From assembly GCA_965277715.1 (NCBI GenBank), contig OZ255836.1, positions 3,808,001-3,872,000 on the forward strand: a stretch of 64,000 bases of DNA, written 5' to 3'. Numbering within the stretch: the stretch's first letter is position 1; each line of letters begins with the position of its first letter. The translations under genes and the position numbers were made by a program. Of the stretch, positions 59,537-64,000 are shown piece after piece. This DNA is from Gammaproteobacteria bacterium (GTDB lineage Bacteria; Pseudomonadota; Gammaproteobacteria; JBCCGL01). The notes under the pieces were generated by a model that made no database searches, had not been told where the DNA came from, and was given only the letters and a program-made list of their open reading frames with translations.

Positions 59537-61141
59537 TTAATCGTGTCGCGCTAACATCATATCCGCCGCTTTCTCGGCAATCATAATCGTCGGTGCATTG
59601 GTATTGCCAGAGGTGATATTCGGCATAATCGAGGCATCGGCGATACGCAGCCCCTGAATGCCGTGCACGCGCAGTTGGGCATCGACTACCGCGCTGTTAT
59701 CGCCGCCCATTTTGCAGGTGCTGGTGGGGTGGTAGATGGTCTCGGCGATGTTTTTTGCGCCTTCGAGAATCTCTGCATCGCTTTGCTTATCCATCCCCGG
59801 TCGGAACTCTTCGGCAACATAGTGTTGCATGGTGGGGGAGTGGGCAATCGCCCGGGATTTTTTAATGCAGGCAATCGCCGTATTGCGGTCTAGTTCAGTG
59901 GATAGGTAGTTGGGCTGAATGCTTGGGTATTCACGCGGGTTGGCCGAGACCAGGTTGATGCTGCCACGGCTCTCGGGGCGCAATTGGCAAATCGAGGCGG
60001 TAAAAGCAGAGAACGGGTGCAAACCCTCTCCGGGGGAGTCGGCGCTGAGGGGTTGCATATGGAATTGAATATCCGGGCGCATCACCTCGGGTGTCGAGTT
60101 GCAAAAAACGTATACCTGGCTGGCCGCCATGCTCAGCGGGCCGGTGCGGGTGAGGATGTATTGCACCCCTACACGCATTTTTTGCAATACATTACTCAGT
60201 TCGTCATTGAGGGTCGGCGTGTGGGTTTTGTACACCGCACGAAATTGCAGGTGATCCTGCAGGTTTTGCCCTACCCCCGGTAACGCCTTAACCACCTCGA
60301 TACCCTGGCCACGCAACAACTCCGCGTCACCAACCCCAGATAGTTGTAGCAGGTGAGGGGAGTTGATGGCGCCCGCCGATAACACCACTTCACGGGTGCA
60401 ATCGAAGCGGTGTTTGCCACCATCCCGGATAACCTCAACACCGCAGGCACGCGTGCCGTCAAAAAGGATTCTATCGACTTGTGTGTTGGTTAATACACGC
60501 AGGTTGCTGCGTTTTTTCGCTGGGTTTAAATACCCTTTGGCGGTGCTCCAGCGGCGCCCTTTATGGGCGGTTAGTTGGTAGTAGCCGACGCCTTCCTGGG
60601 TGGCGCCGTTACAGTCGTTATTTCTGGGAATACCCACCTCTACTGCGCCTTCGATAAAGGCATCACAGATGGGCCGGGTAAAACCGATATTGGAGACTTT
60701 GAGCGGGCCGCCGACACCGTGGAATTCACTCGCGCCACGCGCCTGGTCTTCGGCTTTTTTGAAGTAGGGCAGTACATCATCAAACCCCCAGCCGGGGTTA
60801 CCTGCGTCACGCCAGTCGTCGTAGTCCTGCACTTGTCCGCGTATATAGAGCAGGCCATTGATCGAGCTGGATCCGCCGAGCACTTTGCCGCGTGGCCACT
60901 TTAATGAACGGTTGTTAATGCCGGGGTCTGGCTGGGTTTTGTAACACCAGTCCATACCGGGGTTGTGGATGGTCTTGAAGTAGCCAACGGGCATATGAAT
61001 CCACGGGCTGGTGTCTTTGCCACCGGCTTCAATCAGCAGCACGCGGTTAGTTGAGCTTGCCGACAGGCGGTTGGCCAACACGCAACCGGCAGAACCTGCA
61101 CCGACGATAATGAAATCGTATTGTTCGTTGTGGTTACTCAT
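59537..61141 (-). CDS. GMC family FAD oxidoreductase (choline dehydrogenase-like)
   Basis: VGAGSAGCVLANRLS, PRGKVLGGSSSING, GQNLQDH, YHPTSTCKMG, GNTNAPTIMIAEK. Confidence 0.93.
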   Translation of the reverse strand: MSNHNEQYDFIIVGAGSAGCVLANRLSASSTNRVLLIEAGGKDTSPWIHMPVGYFKTIHNPGMDWCYKTQPDPGINNRSLKWPRGKVLGGSSSINGLLYIRGQVQDYDDWRDAGNPGWGFDDVLPYFKKAEDQARGASEFHGVGGPLKVSNIGFTRPICDAFIEGAVEVGIPRNNDCNGATQEGVGYYQLTAHKGRRWSTAKGYLNPAKKRSNLRVLTNTQVDRILFDGTRACGVEVIRDGGKHRFDCTREVVLSAGAINSPHLLQLSGVGDAELLRGQGIEVVKALPGVGQNLQDHLQFRAVYKTHTPTLNDELSNVLQKMRVGVQYILTRTGPLSMAASQVYVFCNSTPEVMRPDIQFHMQPLSADSPGEGLHPFSAFTASICQLRPESRGSINLVSANPREYPSIQPNYLSTELDRNTAIACIKKSRAIAHSPTMQHYVAEEFRPGMDKQSDAEILEGAKNIAETIYHPTSTCKMGGDNSAVVDAQLRVHGIQGLRIADASIMPNITSGNTNAPTIMIAEKAADMMLARHD

Positions 61142-61207
61142 TCATATGTTCCTGATCGACCTGGTTCAATATGGGGACGACAACCGGGTATCGATCACCG
61201 CAAGCTG

Positions 61208-61384
61208 GGAGCCTGTCTGATTCAGGACTGCTCTACTGCGGAAAAGCCGACCTGGCCCTTTTTTGCGCCCCCATTTTTTGCGTACTATTTCGTCAAATAG
61301 AACCACTATGTTTCTCAACAGTGCACAAAAAATGACTCAAATCGGTCTTTCCCTCGTTACGAGCGCCTAAACCCGACAGGCTCC
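61208..61384. mobile_element. MITE family A, complete 177-bp copy
   Basis: Terminal IRs GGAGCCTGTCTGATTCAGG and CCTAAACCCGACAGGCTCC (16 of 19), non-coding interior, TG on both flanks, related copies at 21221 and 19266. Confidence 0.8.
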
Positions 61385-61548
61385 TGGAGCGGATTATGCC
61401 CGAGTGTTCAGGAATGTCTAATAGTGAGAGTACTATTCTTATTAATGGGATTACTGCAGGGCGCAATAGCACTGTATCTGGTGAGTTTCTATACGCCGGT
61501 TTGTGCGCTAAGCTGCGGTTATTTCGCGTCGTGATTTGAGGTAATAGC

Positions 61549-62448
61549 GTGGCAGTTCAAATAACCCCCAACCCGGTACTCGACCAAATACTCGACCAGG
61601 CCAGGCAGTTGCCGTGCTGGCATGGCCCGGTTAATCCACAGCCCCTTTCCGGTGGTTTGAGTAACCACAACTACACGGTTGAAGACGGTGGCCGAAAATA
61701 TGTTGTGCGTATTGGTGGCGATGCCCCTATGCACAATGTTATGCGCTTTAACGAGCACGCCTGCGGGCGGGCGGCTGAGGCTATTGGCATTACCCCCGGG
61801 CAGGTGTACACGGGGGCAGATGTGTTGGTGATGGATTTTATCGATGGCAAGACATTCGATGCGGGTGATGTGCAGGCAAATCTGGTGCGCATTGTGTCGA
61901 CGGTAAAAACCTTGCACACGGCAGGTATGCGGGCGCTGCGCGGGCCGGTGCTGGGGTTTTCGGTGTTTCATGTGCTGCGCCACTACGCAAAACTGCTCGA
62001 CGGGTCGGCCTGCCGCAGCGCGGCCCAATTGCCCCGCCTACTGAAAATTGCCGATGCGCTGGAGGCGGTTGTCGGTCCCAGTGAGGTGGCGCTCTGCCAT
62101 AACGACTTGCTGGCTGCAAATTTTATCGACGACGGCGAAAAAATCTGGCTGATCGATTGGGAGCACGCCGGTCTGGGTATGCCATTGTTTGATCTTGCCA
62201 GCATCGCCTCAAATAACGCGCTGGATGAAACCCTCGAACGCAGCCTGCTCGAATGCTATTACGGCACACCGCCGGATGCGTTGTTGTGGCGTCGTTTCAA
62301 AGCGCTGCGGGTGGCCTCTCACCAGCGCGAGACGATGTGGAGCATGGTGTCAGAAATTCACTCCGGGTTAGACGAGGACTACGCCGCCTACACCGACAAA
62401 AATCTGGAGGATTTCAACGAAGCTTACGCAGGCTTTAAAATACTATGA
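61549..62448 (+). CDS. Choline/ethanolamine kinase (APH-like phosphotransferase) family
   Basis: LSGGLSNHN, CHNDLLAANF (Brenner motif), LIDWEHAG, FDLA. Confidence 0.9.
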   Translation: MAVQITPNPVLDQILDQARQLPCWHGPVNPQPLSGGLSNHNYTVEDGGRKYVVRIGGDAPMHNVMRFNEHACGRAAEAIGITPGQVYTGADVLVMDFIDGKTFDAGDVQANLVRIVSTVKTLHTAGMRALRGPVLGFSVFHVLRHYAKLLDGSACRSAAQLPRLLKIADALEAVVGPSEVALCHNDLLAANFIDDGEKIWLIDWEHAGLGMPLFDLASIASNNALDETLERSLLECYYGTPPDALLWRRFKALRVASHQRETMWSMVSEIHSGLDEDYAAYTDKNLEDFNEAYAGFKIL

Positions 62449-64000
62449 GTAACGCAACACTGCCCGCCGAGGCGCGCATCGTCATTATCGGCGGCGGCAT
62501 TATTGGCTGCTCGACGGCCTACCACCTGGCCAAAATGGGCTGCAACGACGTACTGGTATTGGAGAAAGGCCAGCTCACCTCTGGCTCGACATTCCACGCC
62601 GCTGGCTTGGTGGGTCAGTTGCGCAGCAACGCCAATATCACCCAACTGCTCGGTTATTCGGTCGAGCTGTATCGCTCGCTGGAACAGGAAACCGGGCTGG
62701 CCACAGGCTGGAAGATGAACGGCGGCCTGCGCCTGGCGTGTAACCAACAGCGCTGGACCGAAGTCAAACGCCAGGCGACCACCGCCCACTCCTTTGGCCT
62801 GGATATGCACCTGCTCAGCCCCGCCGAGGCACTCGAACTGTGGCCGATCATGGACACCAGCGACCTGGTGGGGGCGGCTTTCCTGCCCAGTGATGGCCAG
62901 GCCAACCCCTCAGATATTACCCGCTCACTGGCCAGCGGCGCCCGCCGGGCCGGTGTGCAGTTCCACGAGGAGACCAAGGTACAAGGCTTTGCCTTTGAGG
63001 GTGAACGTCTGTGTGGCGTGTGCACCAATCGGGGTGATGTACGGTGCGAGCGCGTGGTTATTTGCGCCGGGCAGTGGTCCCGGCAGCTCGGTCTACTCGC
63101 CGGGGTCAACGTACCGCTGGTATCGATACAACACCAATATCTGATAACCGAGCGCATACCCTCGGTGCCCGCTAACCTCCCCACCCTACGCGACCCGGAT
63201 CGACTCACCTACTTCAAGGAAGACGTGGGCGGATTAGTGATGGGCGGCTACGAGCCGAACCCTATCCCGTGGGCGCAACGCGGTATTCCCGAGGGCTTTA
63301 ACTTCACTCTGTTGGACAACGACTGGGCACACTTCGAACCACTGATGGCGCAGGCCATCGCCCGCGTACCGGCACTGGCAGACGCGGGCGTTAAGCAAAT
63401 GATCAACGGCCCGGAGAGCTTCACGCCAGACGGCAACTTTATTCTCGGCGAAGCGCCCGAGCGCAAAAACGTCTTTGTCGGCGCGGGCTTTAACGCCTTT
63501 GGTATCGCCTCTGGCGGTGGCGCGGGTATGGCCCTGGCCGAGTGGGTATTAAAAGGTGCGCCACCGTTTGACTTATGGCCGGTGGATATCCGCCGTTTTG
63601 GCCAGCCTCACCGCGATGTCGAATGGGTGCGCGAACGCACGCTGGAGGCCTACGCCAAGCACTACACCCTGGCCTGGCCGCACGAAGAACACAGCAGCGG
63701 CCGCCCCTGTCGTCGCTCGCCTTTATACGACAGCCTAAAAGCACAGGGTGCTTGTTTTGGTGAAAAGCTCGGCTGGGAGCGCCCCAACTGGTTTGCCACA
63801 GAGGGTCAGGCAGCGGTCGACCACTACAGCTATGGGCGGCAAAACTGGTTTGACACCGTGGGGGGCGAACACCGCGCCGTGCGTGAGCGGGTGGCAGTAT
63901 TCGATCAAACCTCCTTTACCAAATACCGGGTGCACGGGCCGGATGCAGCGCGGGCGCTGTCATGGCTGTGCGCCAACGACATCGAACGCCCACCGGGTGC
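62445..64000 (+). CDS. FAD-dependent GcvT-family oxidoreductase (dimethylglycine/sarcosine dehydrogenase-like), runs off the window
   Basis: Not in the ORF track (no stop inside the window); ATG 62445 overlaps the upstream TGA; MSNATLPAEARIVIIGGGIIGCSTAYHL, TSGSTFHAAG, LRDPD, NGPESFTPDG, GWERPNWF. Confidence 0.92.
   Translation, partial: MSNATLPAEARIVIIGGGIIGCSTAYHLAKMGCNDVLVLEKGQLTSGSTFHAAGLVGQLRSNANITQLLGYSVELYRSLEQETGLATGWKMNGGLRLACNQQRWTEVKRQATTAHSFGLDMHLLSPAEALELWPIMDTSDLVGAAFLPSDGQANPSDITRSLASGARRAGVQFHEETKVQGFAFEGERLCGVCTNRGDVRCERVVICAGQWSRQLGLLAGVNVPLVSIQHQYLITERIPSVPANLPTLRDPDRLTYFKEDVGGLVMGGYEPNPIPWAQRGIPEGFNFTLLDNDWAHFEPLMAQAIARVPALADAGVKQMINGPESFTPDGNFILGEAPERKNVFVGAGFNAFGIASGGGAGMALAEWVLKGAPPFDLWPVDIRRFGQPHRDVEWVRERTLEAYAKHYTLAWPHEEHSSGRPCRRSPLYDSLKAQGACFGEKLGWERPNWFATEGQAAVDHYSYGRQNWFDTVGGEHRAVRERVAVFDQTSFTKYRVHGPDAARALSWLCANDIERPPG

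Noticed and set aside
62424-63935. Several minus-strand and short plus-strand ORFs
   Set aside because: All overlap the open GcvT-family frame starting at 62445, which the track missed because it has no stop in the window

Overview
Chromosomal window from a gammaproteobacterium, probably marine (inferred from gene content; taxonomy cannot be fixed from sequence alone). Left end: the edge of a genomic island (5' end of a P4-family integrase beside tRNA-Thr(CGU)), then a nested stack of IS1634, IS66 and IS5 elements. Middle: tusA plus a tRNA thiolase-like gene, a PAS-PAS-GGDEF-EAL protein, an Rpn nuclease, the core glyQS-gmhB-plsC-uvrD block, a heme-c/HAMP sensor coupled to a Ser/Thr kinase, and many small-molecule catabolic and transport genes (peptide-type ABC importer, DddP-like M24 enzyme, ureohydrolase, PLP decarboxylase). 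It also holds an Ig-repeat lipoprotein and several decayed PIN toxin-antitoxin modules. Right end: a minimal type I-F variant (I-F2/I-Fv) CRISPR-Cas operon (cas1, cas2-3, cas7fv, cas5fv, cas6f), then a relic of a second, different cas6f, a typical I-F leader and only ONE degenerate repeat with no spacers; then DUF523/DUF1722, a GMC oxidoreductase and a choline-kinase/GcvT-family pair. Three families of short MITE/REP-like repeats are scattered through the window. Best leads: the spacer-less, apparently chimeric (module-swapped) I-F2 locus and the output-less heme sensor/kinase pair. All product calls come from motif recognition by eye, with no database searches.
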